The position numbers and the translations under genes were made by a program. Positions 62,517 through 64,000 of a DNA stretch of 64,000 nucleotides are shown piece after piece (position 1 is the first letter of the stretch; every line of letters starts with the position of its first letter). The stretch is taken from positions 73,832,928 through 73,896,927 of the forward strand of contig NC_057719.1 in assembly GCF_004010195.1 (NCBI RefSeq), written 5' to 3'. The notes beneath the pieces are model-generated. The model searched no databases. It was not told where the DNA came from and saw nothing but the letters and a program-made list of their open reading frames with translations. Source of the DNA: Chiloscyllium plagiosum (lineage: Eukaryota).

Positions 62517-64000
62517 TCCTTAAGACAGGGAGAAGTTCTGCTGTTTTGTGCTCCCACTGCAGATAAAGCTGAGGAGAAAATGTTGAAATTCAGCTTGTAA
62601 ACTAGTTTCATTTCCCAGTGCGTAGATTGAAGCAGTAAATCTGCTGCAGACTTCTGTGCACTCTGAGATAAAGCAGCTTTGGTGGTCCTTATGGGGAACA
62701 GTGGCTGCTGAGCCAAGTTACAGTGCTTAGGGTTTACTGTAACTTTGCCAAGGAGTGTAGGTGGATCTGCTACTTATCTCATGACACTTGACACAAGTTT
62801 AGAATGAGAGTTCAGCTCAATAGAGGTTCTGATTTTTTTTCACACTCTGAACTGTCGCTTTGTCCTTTTATGCTCATAAAATATAATTGGATTTTAGTTT
62901 TACTGGCTTTATAGCTGAATAAAACCAGCATTGTGGCATCTTAAATTCTGTGGCCGAAGGTAGACCCCACTCTGTTACAATCTCCACCATATGTAGGGCA
63001 AGGAGGCAGGTCCTGAATCTAACTCAGCTGGAACAGGGATCAATCCACACCAACCATCTAGCCAACCCAGCAAACAAGATCTCTCTTCTTACTTCCCACT
63101 CCCAGGAATCTGAGATACTCTGCATGTTGTAGGCTGAAATTATGCATAATGATGGAGCAAATGTTGAGGGAGTGTGTGATGGAATGGTTCTTGAATGGGA
63201 ATTTCAAGTTGGTTCAGCAAAAATGAAGAATTGTAATGCTTTGTAACATTTACTGAGATTTGATGCCTCACTGTGTCATTAATGTCTCAAAGGAGTTGTG
63301 GGATCTGTCTTAAATATATTTGCTATTTCTATATCTGCTGTGGATTGTCAATCACAGTACATTACTCCAGTTTATCACATCTAAATTCTGGGTTTTAGAA
63401 TACAACATAACGTAGATTGGAGCACTGTTCAACTTGTATCCTTGTTGTTCAAAACAGCAGAATCTTACGTCTTTATTCATCCCTTCTGTTGGCTTTAAAA
63501 ATATAGGTTTCCAGATCAGAATATAATTTGATGAGTTCATATGGGATTTATTCAATACTGATGGCCAGGGATTAATGGATCAATAGGACTGATGGTATAT
63601 CCAGGAGGAGAATTAACTGCTACCCATAATGGGTTGAGGGAAGGAAGGAATATTCTAAAGAAACAAACTCAGAGAAAAAGTATATGAAAAAGTAGAAGGA
63701 TTTGGACACTAGGGTGGAAAGATTTAAGGATGAAGATTTTAAATTCAATTCTTTAAGAAATAGAGAACCGGTGAAATCCAGCACGGATATGAATGATAGT
63801 GTAATGATACGATGGCTTTAAGAGGTGTTTTTCATCCTTTTTTGTTGAAGAGAGTTTAAAGACCAAGGTGCTGAGCTGTCTTTTTGATACCAATAAAATA
63901 AACAGCTTGTGAAGCCTTGAATTTTTTTTTTCAGTATTGGCACAATAGAAGTAGCCTGAATTTGTGGAGTAAAGTTCCCAAAAACCGGAATTTTTAGTTT

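Overview
Eukaryotic genomic DNA with four N-gaps, very likely from a cartilaginous fish (shark). This is inferred from about 12 HE1-type V-SINEs with matching CR1/HER1-type LINE tails and a Deu-domain SINE. I find no host protein-coding exon, rRNA, tRNA gene or CRISPR array, so the window reads as a large intron or gene desert dominated by nested, mostly decayed transposons. These include a 3'-truncated Gypsy element whose LTR is split at its TATA box by a Tx1/L1-like insertion, a deleted hAT (Charlie/Buster) element and many CR1 pieces. There are also L2, RTE and Rex-like fragments, a Penelope RT inside a DeuSINE, a decayed intron-containing Harbinger-type Myb/SANT gene, and short palindromic Penelope derivatives with minimal hammerhead-ribozyme cores. 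The most unusual feature is an 877-bp TG...CA solo LTR (25714-26590). It carries five head-to-tail copies of a structured 115-bp unit that starts at the predicted transcription start, and it replaces the RT region of a CR1 without a clean target-site duplication (TSD). Family names come from motif recognition by eye, not database searches. Boundaries are approximate unless a TSD or terminus is quoted.
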